From Eremomyces bilateralis CBS 781.70 (Eukaryota): a stretch of DNA of 20,000 bases. Position numbers and translations under genes: made by a program. How positions within the stretch are numbered: the stretch's first letter is position 1; the number at the start of each line of letters is the position of its first letter. This document shows, one piece after another, positions 1 to 11,576 of this stretch. The stretch lies in the NCBI GenBank assembly GCA_010015585.1, contig ML975188.1. The stretch is one strand, 5' to 3'. The notes under the pieces were generated by a model that was not told the origin of the DNA, ran no database searches, and worked only from the letters and a program-made list of their open reading frames with translations.

Positions 1-1270
1 CTCTTTCTTCATTTGCTGCTCCGCCCATGGTCCTTTAGCGTCCCCCTTCCTCCTCTTAACTTTAACGCTCTTCGCGTCCAAGTTCCGTTCCACCATCTCC
101 AGTGACACATCAGATGCAATGCACTTTGTCATTGCAAAATACAACAGATCTGCAGCCTCAAAAGAGACTTCTTCCTTGGTCTTTGCTTCGCACAGCTCAT
201 TGGCCTCTTCCATGATCTTTGCGTGCAGCAGTTTCGTGTCATTGAACAGCCTTGCTGTATATGAGCCTTCGGGCGCGTTCTGTCGGCGATCCAACAATGT
301 CTTCTGGAGCTTGGAGAGACCATAGTATCGACCGAAACAGGTAGCGGTACCCAAGTGGCAGAAGCCTGCAAAGTTCAGTGACGAGTCCACAATCACGGAG
401 GGCAGTCCTACCATTCCCTTTCTGACGGACTACGAAACAGATGCAATCCTTATCGCAATCAAACTTGACGTGAACCAATTCCTGAACATCTCCGCTACTC
501 TCGCCCTTGTACCAAAGGCCTCGCTTCCGGCTCTGATACACTCCTCTTCCGGTCCTAATGCTCTCCGCGACACTCTCTTCACTGCTGTAGACAAGTCCAA
601 GAGCGATTCCCCTTTCATCTGTAACCATGGTGGTAAACAGACCATCTGGTCTGTCGCTCGTAGCACCTGACAGGAGCAGTTTCACCGCGTCAACCAATCC
701 CGGATTGGTTTGAGGTTCCAGCGTTAGATCCGTGGATTTTGCAATTGCGATGCCGCCCAGAATTGACAACCGTGAAAGACGGTCGAAATCGGGATGTTCC
801 AAGGAGAAGTAAACCGGCGGCCGGTCCGAGCTATACTCTTTCAACCACGCCTCTAATAGTTGCACATCCTGGACGTGCCAGAAACAAACCCCGACGGAGG
901 TACCCGCTATTGAGTCAATTATCTCATCCTTCGTGTGTGCTTGATGCACGATAACAACGGTCACACGGTCAAGGTCAATGTTTGGCGTCCGCTCTAGCTG
1001 GACCAACTGCTTCTGGCTGACGAAAACCCCCGCAGCGCCGGCATCGAGCAACGACACAATATCTTCCACCGATTCGAGAGCAGTGACATCGAAATAATTT
1101 TCGAGCCGGCCAAATGACCTCTGGAGATGAGAGAAGGCGGCATCTAGAGTCGACTCGGACAGTGGGATAAAGACGGACCCAAAGTACGACAGTGCAGCCG
1201 ATGGGATCCCTTGGGGAGACAGGACACCTTCGGAGGACAAATCGACGTGCAAAATCAGTGAAGAAGCCAT
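1..1270 (-). CDS. HIS4: Trifunctional histidine biosynthesis protein (PRAMP cyclohydrolase / PRATP pyrophosphohydrolase / histidinol dehydrogenase), 5' part; exons 1270-412 and 365-<1
   Basis: Cyclohydrolase motifs SDRPDGLFTT, LGLVYSS, YQSRKRGLWYKGESSG, DCDKD. A 46-nt intron 411-366 (GTAGGA...TGCAG) joins to GFCHLGTATCF, then the PRATP-PH motifs GSYTARLF, KIMEEANE, EAADLLYF. The gene runs off the window. Confidence 0.95.
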
Positions 1271-1332
1271 GGTCAATGAGGAATTGTCACGGTGGTGTCA
1301 ATTGGGCTTATCTTGAGAGAATGATATTGCAA

Positions 1333-1339
1333 GAGTCAT
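1333..1339 (-). promoter_or_regulatory. Gcn4/CpcA response element (ATGACTC) upstream of HIS4
   Basis: ATGACTC on the minus strand about 63 nt upstream of the HIS4 ATG; HIS4/his-3 is a classic cross-pathway control target. Confidence 0.55.
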
Positions 1340-1498
1340 CGGATTGATACTTGAAAGTTTTCCCACCTCAGCGCCCCCACCGAAGTCGCACTTGCAAACA
1401 AAGGAAGTTTGCTGGGGTGTGACGCCACGACCACAAAGGCAGGCAGGGGGTCTGGGATACTTGGTGCCTTTGTGCCTTGGCGCCTAATGAGATCCTTT

Positions 1499-1584
1499 GC
1501 TTCACGCTTCACGCTTCTACTTCGTGCTTCTGCTTCTGCTTCACTTCAGCTTCTGCTTCGTGCTTCAGCTTCAGCTTCAGCTTC
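1499..1584. repeat. Degenerate (GCTTCW)n microsatellite, about 14 units
   Basis: Direct reading: gcttcac gcttcac gcttct acttcgt gcttct gcttct ... gcttca gcttca gcttca gcttc. Confidence 0.9.
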
Positions 1585-2028
1585 TCAACAGCAATCAACT
1601 CCTCCATTCTGTTCAACTTAGCCACCTTCTCCTATCCCTTTCAATAGTGAAACGAGCAAAAGGTATGGCACTAATATGTATATATGTATAGCAAATGCTG
1701 GGTGCTAGGGGGTGTGTGATGCATGTCTGTAGTAGTTCGCGATAGACAGTTGGAGATTACGATCGCGATGCGATACAAGTCACGGCTCAACTCATGAGCT
1801 CTGGATACGATGATAGGAATCCATTTCTCTCACTTTGGTGCCTTGCACATGGTTTGGTACGTGGGAATGCTTATTGCTCGGCCGAACTTACAGCCTTAAG
1901 GCCGTTGTTCTCCAGGAGGTGCTTTTCTTTGTGTCCATTGGCTTCATGATGTGTTTACAAAGACACCTATTCATTGCTTCCCAGTCTTTCCTGCCTTGTT
2001 TATTGTCCATCGTCATATTACTCTCGGC

Positions 2029-3615
2029 TCAAAACTTCGTGGTGAAGTTCCATCCGACCTTCTTTCCTTTGGCCATTACCATCAAGATTACCGATACAAC
2101 GTAAACAGCTCCGGTGAATCCGACAACACCCCAGTATCCGCCATCGCAGGCCGAGATAAGAGCACCGGCAATCGGGACACCCGTTAGACTTGCGAGTGAC
2201 ACCACCGTGTAGCAAGTCGCATAATACCGTCCGTACTCTTCTGTGCGACACAGCTGACCAACGCAAACGGGCGTTAAAGAAATATTGGATCCCGATGCAA
2301 ACCCGAATAGGAACCCATATATAATCACGATGGCCTTCAGCCCTGAGACCGAAATCTCCATCCCTTGCTCCCCGGAGTCCGGCGGTGCAAGAAGGCTGGC
2401 AGGGAGCCAGAGTGCAATTGTCGTCAGGGCACAGAGCGCCAGGGTGATGATCATTGCATTAAAGCGACCGATCTTGTCAGCGAAGACTCCTGGCAGCCAT
2501 CGTCCAAGAACCGAACCAGCATTTAAGATGGCAATAAGATCGTATCCAGAGCCTTCCGACAGTGCTCCACTTGACATTGCAAAAGACGTCAGATACGTGA
2601 CGGGAATGAACAAGCCCCACTCCATGCAAAAGACGGCCGCAGTAACCAAAGCGAAAGAAGGATCGCGGAAGATCTTGAAGTCAGGCCAGACCGACTGGTT
2701 GGGGTCCGGTGGAAGTCGGGATCGGATGAAAATATTCGAAATGATGCATAGGACGAGGTAGATCAGGGCCACACACCGTGTGGCCCAAGCAAACCCAACC
2801 TTGGGGATCAGAGACTGCAGCATCAGCGGAAAGATGATGCCGCCAATCGCCCCTCCAGTCGCTGCGAGACCGGTTGCGCCGCCACGCTTTTCACAGAAGA
2901 AGTGGGAGATGGCTGAGATTGCGGGCGTGAAGACTAAGGACGTACCAATGCCGCCCATCACACCGAAGACGAGAACAAATTGGTAGTATTCTGAAGAAAC
3001 CGTCAGTGGCTGCCCCAATCCAGGACAAAGGAACACGCACCAGCACAGAAACTGAGAAGGACCACCGCCGCCAATAGCATGATGCTACCTCCCAGGATCA
3101 AAAGCCGTGGGCCATGAGCATCAAAAATCGGACCGATCTGGATCCCGCAGAAGAACGCAAGGAAGAAGGCAATGGAGAAGATCCAACCCAGGGTGCTCTC
3201 ATCGTAGCCTTGGAGTTGATGTTCGGCAAAATATGCTTGGAATATACCGGCTGAGGATTGTTAGCCATCACCATACCGGAGGATGGACGGCCTATCGCTT
3301 ACCAGTGTTCAAAATACCAAAGGCTGCCATCATCCCAGCGAATGCTCCGAAGACCACCAGCCAACCTTGCAGTCCGCCCTCCGGATAGTCGACATCTTCA
3401 CGAAATGTCGATCCAGGTGCGTAGGACTCGATCCTGGATGGGACAGGCTGAAGCTCGGAGAGTCCATCGTGATTATCTGTATGGATGCATTTCTCCGGAT
3501 CACCAACGGGACAGGTTTCAGGATCGCTGCCCTCAGTCCGTGTGGTCCTAATGGTGATCTCCGAGTCCTGGGTGTAATGTAGTCCTGGCTTGCTGCCTTT
3601 GTCGTCTTCTTTCAT
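2029..3615 (-). CDS. MFS monocarboxylate-porter family (MCH4/MCH5-like) transporter; exons 3615-3303, 3250-3041, 2990-2029
   Basis: YPEGGLQGWLVVFG N-terminal motif, many hydrophobic segments, GRWLPGVFADKIGRFN MFS loop. Introns 3302-3251 (GTAAGC..CTAAC..CAG) and 3040-2991 (GTGCGT..CTGAC..CAG) give one continuous frame. Confidence 0.9.
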
Positions 3616-3808
3616 GTGATATGGATGTTCAATTGAAGGGTATGAGCTATATTGATTGTTGACAATAAGTATATAAATGCTCTACATAGAATGATTTCGT
3701 CAATAAAGATATTATGAGAAGTCTAGTTAAATGGAGGCACTGAGGTGGCGTTGAGGGGTTGAGCTGGTTCAGAGTTTTTTTAGTAGTTGCGGGGGACCCT
3801 GATGGGCC

Positions 3809-3816
3809 TGAGTCAT
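3809..3816. promoter_or_regulatory. Consensus Gcn4/AP-1 site TGAGTCAT in the divergent MFS/YIH1 promoter
   Basis: Exact TGASTCA match, about 195 nt upstream of the MFS ATG and about 470 nt upstream of the YIH1 ATG. Confidence 0.45.
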
Positions 3817-4284
3817 GAATTCCGTTGTATGGGAAATCGGAGGACAGAGGCGACCTTCTGCTGGAGCTGGATGTGGAAATTCGATCCCCTCCACTAACTA
3901 AAGACAGAAATCTGGGACCGTTGACCCCGCCAGCTCTTCTCCTCCTTTACCAGTAAGTGTTGCTGATGACAGCATAATATGTCAAATGCACGATATCGGC
4001 CGATTCCTCCAGAGGAAGGTCAAACACAACGTCGACCAATTCGAACTTCGCGACACTTTTCATTTCGGAACGCCACGCTAAGACCGTGTTGAATGCAGAT
4101 CCTGACCCCCTTGGTCAAACCGGTCAAGTCGACGGACAAGTTATTATCAAATTCATCAAGCGGAAAATACTCGTGGACGACAATTCAACAATGATTTCAT
4201 GCATGTGGCCCTTTACGACGATCTAGATTCTAGAACTTATCCATCACCCAACTACTCTAAGTCGTCTCGCAAGCTCGATTGACG

Positions 4285-5136
4285 ATGGACGACTTAGCCA
4301 CGGTCAATGCCGCTCTAGCCGACGAGCTGATCTCAGTGAATTCTATATATGGCGATACGACTCTAGACCTGGCCGGAATTCCAAAAGATGGAAGCGACAT
4401 AGTCTGCGTTCTTCGATTGCCCTCACATGCCGACACGGCTCTGCGGCTCTCCTTCCCTCTGGCATATCCGGATTTGCCGCCTGAGATCGTCGGCACCGAA
4501 ACATTCGGTGGCCCACGCGGGGAAGGCAAACGACTCGTCGAACTCGCGCAAGATGTGTTAGCGAACGTCCATAGGCCCAGTGAGGTCTGTATCTTCGATT
4601 TCCTGGAAGACCTTAGCACGCTGCTGGAATCGGAGGGGGTTCTTCATGATCAAGTCGAACCGGAGCAGAATGATCACGCAGAGGAACTTGCGGGAAGCGA
4701 GCAGAGGCAGCAATTGGCCGCACAACTCCTTGGGGAAGAACCTCCCTGGTCCATCTCGGAGCCCATCGCCAGCAAACGGAGCGTCTTTGTTGCTCGTGCG
4801 GCACCAGTCCAATCCGTGGAAGAGGCAAGTCGCTTCATCATGCACTTGAAAGATACCAACAAGAAAGTCGCCTCTGCAACGCACAACATTACGGCGTGGC
4901 GGATCAAGCGAGACAACATCGTTTATCAAGACTATGATGACGATGGTGAGGATGCGGCTGGTGGACGACTACTGCATTTGTTGCAGTTGACCGATTCTTG
5001 GAACGTTGTCGTCATCGTCACAAGATGGTATGGCGGAATCCACCTGGGACCGGACAGATTCCGCCTAATCGGAGCTGTTGCAAGAGACGCGCTAGTGGTC
5101 GGAGGGTTTGTCAAGGAGAAGAAGAAAGCTGGATGA
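4285..5136 (+). CDS. YIH1: IMPACT/Yih1 family protein (RWD + UPF0029 domains), intronless
   Basis: N-terminal RWD-like region (DELISVNSIYGD, FPLAYPDLPP). C-terminal UPF0029 signatures KRSVFVAR, ATHNITAWR, DDDGEDAAGGRLLHLL, VTRWYGGIHLGPDRF. Confidence 0.93.
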   Translation: MDDLATVNAALADELISVNSIYGDTTLDLAGIPKDGSDIVCVLRLPSHADTALRLSFPLAYPDLPPEIVGTETFGGPRGEGKRLVELAQDVLANVHRPSEVCIFDFLEDLSTLLESEGVLHDQVEPEQNDHAEELAGSEQRQQLAAQLLGEEPPWSISEPIASKRSVFVARAAPVQSVEEASRFIMHLKDTNKKVASATHNITAWRIKRDNIVYQDYDDDGEDAAGGRLLHLLQLTDSWNVVVIVTRWYGGIHLGPDRFRLIGAVARDALVVGGFVKEKKKAG

Positions 5137-5165
5137 GATATTCCTGGAAACAATAGGTTGGGGGC

Positions 5166-6153
5166 CTATCTGATGACACGTGTAGAAGGTGGTGGATTAA
5201 GGACTCCGAGGGAATCAGCTTCCACAGGTTCTGAGCTTACTCTGGATCCATTCATGTCCAGCTTCTCTCGGACGCCGTTAAATAAGATGGCAAGCCGAAT
5301 GATGCCGGTCGATGCCCAGATGCTCCATTGGCCAACAGACAAGATCCCTTCCACCGAAATGGTATCGATGTCTGCCGTGTCGACGTGAGGCGCCAGTCTC
5401 CAGAAATATATCTCAGCAGAGACGACAATGAGGACCGCAACTGCTGGTACGGCAAGAATCAGGAGCTTTATGAACAACCGAATTCCACACTTGGCTCCTA
5501 TCGCCCTATTCGTAATGGGTGTAATGTCGATTCCTTCGTATATGGTTTCAATATCGCTTGACCTCTTCGACTTTGCCGCCTCGATCCGGTAGCATCGCCG
5601 CAAGAAGAGCTAGGCTAGCAAAAACCAATCCAGAAATACCAACGTGGTTCCGGAACTTCTTGAAGTCGAGGCCGAACACGCTCGCATACTCTAACGGCAT
5701 CCACCCGCATACTGTATATGCGACCGTCTCGGCATGCTCAGAAGATGCAGAAACTTTTTCAAAAACCACAAATGCCGTCACAGTCCCGGTGCCGACAAGA
5801 ACACCCCATATCCTTATCAGCGCTCGTGCCCGACTCGCACCAACCCGCTTCGGCACCAGGAGACTCCACACAGCGACCACAGACGACAGCGCCATCATTT
5901 CCACGACCGCTAAAGCATCGAGAGGCATTGGATTCGGGTTCCCTTGCTTTGTATCGGCCAAGGAACTCTTCAATTCTATAAAAGAGTGGATCGCAGTAAC
6001 CACTGTCCGTGTGGTGAACGTCACGAGCGCTGATCGGAAGAGCCAGCCCGGTGGGAGAGGGAGAAGCAGGAGGAGGACGAGGCAATATGTATGCAGACGA
6101 GGTAGAAAGGCGTACGGCGATGATAGTGACAAGGCACACACTTGGATAGACAT
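5166..6153 (-). pseudogene. Uncharacterised fungal multi-pass membrane protein, split across two frames (6153-5548 and ~5600-5166); possible frameshifted pseudogene or sequence error
   Basis: Two overlapping hydrophobic ORFs in different frames. The N-part (YAFLPRL..., TAIHSF) and the C-part (AEIYFW...SVGQW) look like one membrane protein. I found no good frame-restoring intron. Confidence 0.45.
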
Positions 6154-6628
6154 TCCGCCACTATCGTGCCGTATTTGCTGGTTACAAGACCCTATCGGTT
6201 ACCATAACTGTCTGCACGGACTTCTAAGAATGCATTTCTTCGCCCTCAAAGTTAGCAGAATTGTTTCATTATATACGAATTAAAGTATTCTAAATCGTTA
6301 TCTTCCCCGGGAAAGGATCGCAAGAACAAGCTCCGTTCCTTGGGCGCAGTAATTTCGCTTGAAAACGGGGCATAGTTCTCTCCTTTCCAGGAATCAAGCC
6401 TTCAGTTCTGCGATGCATTTGGTGGTGGCGGAGTCTGTCCAACCCACTCCAGTAGTCACGAGAATGCGTTCAAGTAATTCAGCCCTAGATGCGATGGAAC
6501 TGGGCCAAGAAATATTTCTATTCGTTTATTGAAGACCAAATCCAATGCTTTCTATATCACAAAAAACGGTAGCATCACATTTCCCTGGGCCTGCATACAC
6601 TGAACGGCACTGAGTACACAATGGTTGA

Positions 6629-8933
6629 CTATAGCTTCGACGTCACTCGTCCTTCCTCATCCAATTCCTCGATCTTGGCGAATTTGTAATAGAAGTCCAG
6701 GCTCTCTGGGTTGAGGAGCGTTCCTGAGGGTTTAATGATTTTCCCTGATACGATCTGCTTCACTGGCAGCTCAACCTTCTTCAGATTGACCGTGGTCTGT
6801 TGCAGGATGTCAGTAAACGTGTCGTCAGAAGCAGGTAAAACGGCGAAGGTCTTACAGGTATTTCGCGCGTCTCAAAGACGTATTTCGGCACATGCCGCTT
6901 GCTCAATTCTTTCCCGATCCGGTCCTTGACGTCCTTCACGAGAAGCTGATTGAACTTCTTCCCCGGATGCATCAGCAGGAACAGAAGGACGCTCTCGTCG
7001 TCATCCTCCGGCCGTCGTTGCCCCACGCAGATGCTGTCTGCGATCTGATCCGTGAAGAAGTTCTCGATGACGCTGTAGATCTCCGCGGATCCGAACCGGA
7101 CGCCGGAGGGATTGAGCACGCCGTCCGCGCGGCCGAGGAAGAAGATTTGCTTCGTGATCGGGTGGATCATGATGAAGTCACCGTGCGTCCAGACGTCGTT
7201 GAAGCGCTTGAAGTAGGAGCTAAAGTATTTCTCACCCTTGTCGTCGCCCCAGAAGTATACCGGCATGTTGGGGAAGGGTCTGGTGGCCACCAGCTCGCCT
7301 GGGACACCGTCTTCGAGCTCGCTCCCTGGGGTACCGTCGTTGCCTTCGATGGTCTGATCGTAGGCGGCGATGGCGGTGCCGACGCTGGGGCCAACGCAAC
7401 CTCCAACATATATCGGCGTGAGCGGGTTTTCCATCGAAAAGCACCCGGCCAAATCCGTGCCTCCGGAGATGTTGGCTAGCTGGGCATGGGGCGGGAAACC
7501 GGTATCGTAGAACCACTCGAAGAGTGCATCCGACAGAACCATCCCGGTCGAGGTGACGGTCCGAAGTCTAGACAGGTCTGCAATGTCGCGCGGCGCAAGA
7601 TTGTTCTTCTGGAATTCGTGCATGTAGCGCGGAGATATTCCGAGGTTCGTGACTTTCAGGAAGCTGACTAGGCGGATGAAGGTTTTCAGGTCCGGCTGGA
7701 AGGGCGAGCCGTCATAGAGAATGGCGTGACCGCCATAGAGCAGGGATAAGATGGAGGACATATACATGATCCATCCGGTCTGGGGAACGTTAGCACTCAC
7801 GAGCTCGAAGTGGACAATATGGGCACTCACCGTAGTATATTGCAACTGAACCATGTCTGGCCCGAGGTCTCGATGAAGTTTACCTTCCTTCATGGAGTTG
7901 AGGAGGATGCCACCAGTGGAGTGCACGATACACTTCGGGACTCCCGTAGTCCCACTGGAATAGACCACAAGGAAGGGATCCCTAAACTCCACTCTTTCAA
8001 AGGTTAACTTCGTGTTTCCACCAGCCGACTTCAAAAAGTTCGCCAACGTTTCCGACCGCGAAATGGCACTGATATCCACTGCTCTCTCAAATCTCGGCTG
8101 GATGATCGCACCCCAGAACTCCTCGACGTTGCTCATCCCGTCCAGGATCTCCTTGATCTTGGGACGCAGATCGGTCGTCTTCCCATTGTATACAGCGATA
8201 TCATCAATGAAGACAAATCGAGGCTTGATCTGCAACAGGCGGTCCAAGACTCCCTTGGTACCCATGTCCGTGCTTGAGGACGAGAATAATCCACCTAGAC
8301 TCGTGGTTGCTAGGAAGACACATAGTGTGTCGAAACTATTGCTCGCGACCACGGCCACTCGATCACCTTTCTTCACGCCCCGTGCCCTCAACGCGTTGGC
8401 GAACAGCGCCACTCTGGAGCGAAGTTGCGCCCAGGTATACGCTCGAATCTCCGTCCCTCCTTCTCTAACTTCGGTGGTAGCAACCTTATCCGACTCCTTG
8501 CCCCTCGTCGACGTTGCAGTCGGGGTCCCGTGGACTGGAGAGAAGAGAACGTTCTCGGCAAAGTTGAGGCGGACCCCCTCGAACCAGCGGGGAATGCTGT
8601 CCATTCGCGCAGACGGGTCGACTGGTGTCGTGTAGCTGCCTTCATGGATGATCGGGTGAGTGGTCCAGACATCATCCCAGAATGAGAGCTGGGTGATCGA
8701 GTACTGGTAGAGGTCCTGGAAGGTCTGGTGGACAACGTCAATGATCCTTTCGCAATACTAGGGCACATGTTCCATGGAACCCTCTCAAAGGTGTTGGATA
8801 GGATCATTTGGCGTACCTGAAGATTCGTCCCTCTGGTGCGGTTCGTTTGTTGCATGAACCTCCACATGTTCGTGTCCTTGGGATTCTTGTGCTCCCACAG
8901 CTTTCGCGGGGCCGTCAGGGTTGGTGCCGCCAT
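6629..8933 (-). CDS. AACS: Acetoacetyl-CoA synthetase (acetoacetate-CoA ligase), about 700 aa; exons 8933-8817, 8724-7831, 7779-6856, 6796-6629
   Basis: PRWFEGVRLNFAENVL, AMP-binding YSSGTTGVPKCIVH, ISGGTD, WTHGDF, GRADGVLNPSGVRFGSAEIY. Three GT-AG introns (92, 51, 59 nt) give a 2103-nt CDS ending ...GRVTSKL*. Confidence 0.93.
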
Positions 8934-9841
8934 CTTTACTCCGGATCTTGTTGATTCTGATAGAGTCTATATTGAATAGGGAAGTCTATGGACTGTAGCA
9001 AGCTGAGAAATGAGGAATGACACGGACGAGAGTAGGTCGGACTTCTGTCAGACTTTGCAAATGTAGGACTCAAGAAAAGAAATAGTACTTCTTTAACTAG
9101 GTAGTTATTGGAATCATGCACCTCCACCCCCGCAATAACGGTTCCTACCCTGTAGCGCCTCGTTCGGTTGATTGACCATCCCGCATCTGTACTTGGCCGA
9201 GGGGAATGAGGCAGTGGAGCCAACGATGATAGCCGGAGAACGTTTGTTGGTGGCGGAGAACTTGATTCCTATCTACAAGCTTTTTGCACTGCCGTCGGAC
9301 ATCAGCTAGAGACATCAACACGTCCGAATTGCCATATTTTTGCATGGTTCTCTTGCACTGTGTTGCTGTCCGGCTTCGGAAAGATACATCCTGTCTTATC
9401 CCCCAGGTTTCGGAGAATGCGGGGAGGAGAACTGGAGAAGTGGGACGCAAATCTCGCGCGAACTCTCCCGAGATATGGCGCCTTAGCACATATCCGCTCT
9501 ACCATAACGCTTCCGAGCTAATTATTAGCTGGATGAGATTCGGGAAGCTTCCCACCTGAATGCATTTCTCCCGAAGCATGGCGCAAAACTGCAATTAAGG
9601 TGAATCATAGAACCAGCATTTTGAACAAGATGAGAAGTTGAGTCATTCAATTGAGTATACTTGTACAAAACGCTCCAAAATCATTACCAGTGAGTTCTAT
9701 GTACGAGCCGGAATACGATTTCTCCGGAGACGAGTCCAAACGCCGTGGTATCACCATCAGAAAATCCAGGCACCGTGACAACCCTTATCGCGGAGAGGTT
9801 CACATGGCAATGTAACCCTCCTCCACGGCCTCCGCTCGCTT

Positions 9842-11576
9842 TTAGAACTCTCCTCCTCCGCCTCCCAAGGCGGCTGCTCCCCAAACACCTACAAGCCCCC
9901 AAAATCCTGCCCGCCATCCCCTCCAAAGGCCAGACATACCTTGGCCCTTGGACTTCTTCGGCTCTCTTAGCGGCTTTCCCGGTGGACCTTTCTTGGCGAC
10001 GCTGGGCGACGCCACCTTGATCCTCACCCCTTCTTCCCGGGCGATATACCACATTGTTCCCAGCACGCCTCGGTACGGGCCTGGCGTAATGATGAGGTCG
10101 AGCTTCTCTTCCTTCGACGGGCGACCGCTTTGTTCTTTTCGGAAGGACTTGTATCGATCATCGGAAGCCGGCGATCGGAGCAGAGACCAGTCCTTCAGGA
10201 CATGGGCATGGCCGCGCCGAAGCACGGTTTCGAGCGGTAGACGGATGAACAACTCCGCAACTTGCGTGACGAACGTGGCGACTGAAAAGGACGTGGGAGA
10301 GAGGACGGGGTCGATGGATAATGTGCTTCGAAGCACCATGGGCGACGAGGCGGTAAGGAGCGGAGGGATGGCGGAGTGGAGAAATGTGATCGGTAGGATG
10401 GCCGTCGGGACAACGAATGTAGGAAGGGATGCTAACGAAGGGAGAAGGTTTCGCGGAGGGGATGTATGAGGTGTAAGGATGAGTCTAGGTTGCAATGTCA
10501 GTTTTGGAACGATACAAGGCCAATAAGTGGGTGTACTCGCCTGCTCCGAATGATATCGAGTGGACTGAGGATAACACCAGCGACGCCTGCAGCAGCGACG
10601 GCCACGCCTAGGCTCAGCCACGGATGTGCACTGTGCGCTATCCTGATACCGGCCTCACCGATGGCTCCTACACCGATCGCCGTCCCAGGGTCGGAGATGT
10701 TAAACAGTGCGCTGAGAAATGATCGTGTCCATGATTCAATCGTCTTGAGCAGAATATTGTAGACGAACGCGGTGTTTGTCGCTTTCCACAAGCCCCAGGC
10801 GCTCTCTTTCCCCCATAGCTGGGTCAACACTGGTATGAGAGCATCCGGACGACTCAGTTGAAGCCGCGAAGATTGCGATGGAGCCCGTGATCCACTGGTA
10901 CCAGGGAATTGGGAACTCCTTGAGGGGGTGGACGGCTGAGAGGGTCGTCGTCCATGCATGTTTGAATTTGACCTCGAGTTGGCCATGTCGGGTCGAGAGT
11001 AGGCACGAGATGACTCCGGGGTAGTGGAGGTGAAGTAAGATGGCGAGTCATTGTCAGAATCATCGTCGTCGGAAGGAATAAACTGTACGGTCAGTATATC
11101 GACATAGGACAAGATAGGAGAGCTCATACATCTTGATATCGACCATTATAACTCGGGACATGTCGTGATCCGGGTGTTCCCATCCTCGCCATACTTTCTT
11201 CATCTGCACTTCCGGCCAGATGCACCTGTAGCACCGTCTTTGCGACCTCAAACGGTTGTGCCATTAGCACCGACGTGTAGTTCCATACTGCTTGGTCCAT
11301 GAACCTCTTCGCCATCTCCGCCAGCGACGGGGAACCCTCCGGAAGGTAGTCGCCATAGTCGAGATCGGACAACAGACTGCGAGCTGTATTCAGTTTCCCC
11401 ATCTTGCTAAACGGGCGACCGGACGCTGTTCCATTTGGACCATGCGATGCCGCATCAGGAGGAAGGCCTATGGATGGAGGGATATAGTACGGTCGATATG
11501 GGTTGGGGGTGTTTTGCGAAGTGCCGGGTCTCCGGAAGCTGGCGAAGGGAGGGTCATCGAGATCTGCCGACGCCAT
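9842..11576 (-). CDS. UGO1: Mitochondrial outer-membrane fusion protein Ugo1 (mitochondrial carrier-like), about 543 aa; exons 11576-11130, 11082-10541, 10484-9842
   Basis: PNPYRPYYIPP, YTSVLMAQPFEVAKTVLQV, WGLWKATN, LSPLDIIRSRLILTP, LPLETVLRRG, GLWRGWR...GGGGEF C-terminus. Introns 11129-11083 (GT-AG) and 10540-10485 (GC-AG). Confidence 0.88.

Noticed and set aside
911..917. TGAGTCA Gcn4-type site
   Set aside because: Inside the HIS4 coding exon and expected by chance.
5558..6283. 241-aa plus-strand ORF
   Set aside because: Antisense to the hydrophobic minus-strand ORF; Thr/Arg/Ser-rich composition typical of a shadow frame.
6892..7479. 195-aa plus-strand ORF (and 8012-8635) opposite AACS
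   Set aside because: Antisense shadows of a codon-biased gene; no recognisable motifs.
2029..8933. MFS + acyl-CoA ligase as a secondary-metabolite cluster
   Set aside because: No PKS/NRPS/terpene backbone or tailoring genes; neighbours are housekeeping genes.
8936..9559. Short ORFs in the AACS-UGO1 intergenic region
   Set aside because: No domain-like features or supporting splice structure; likely promoter/UTR.
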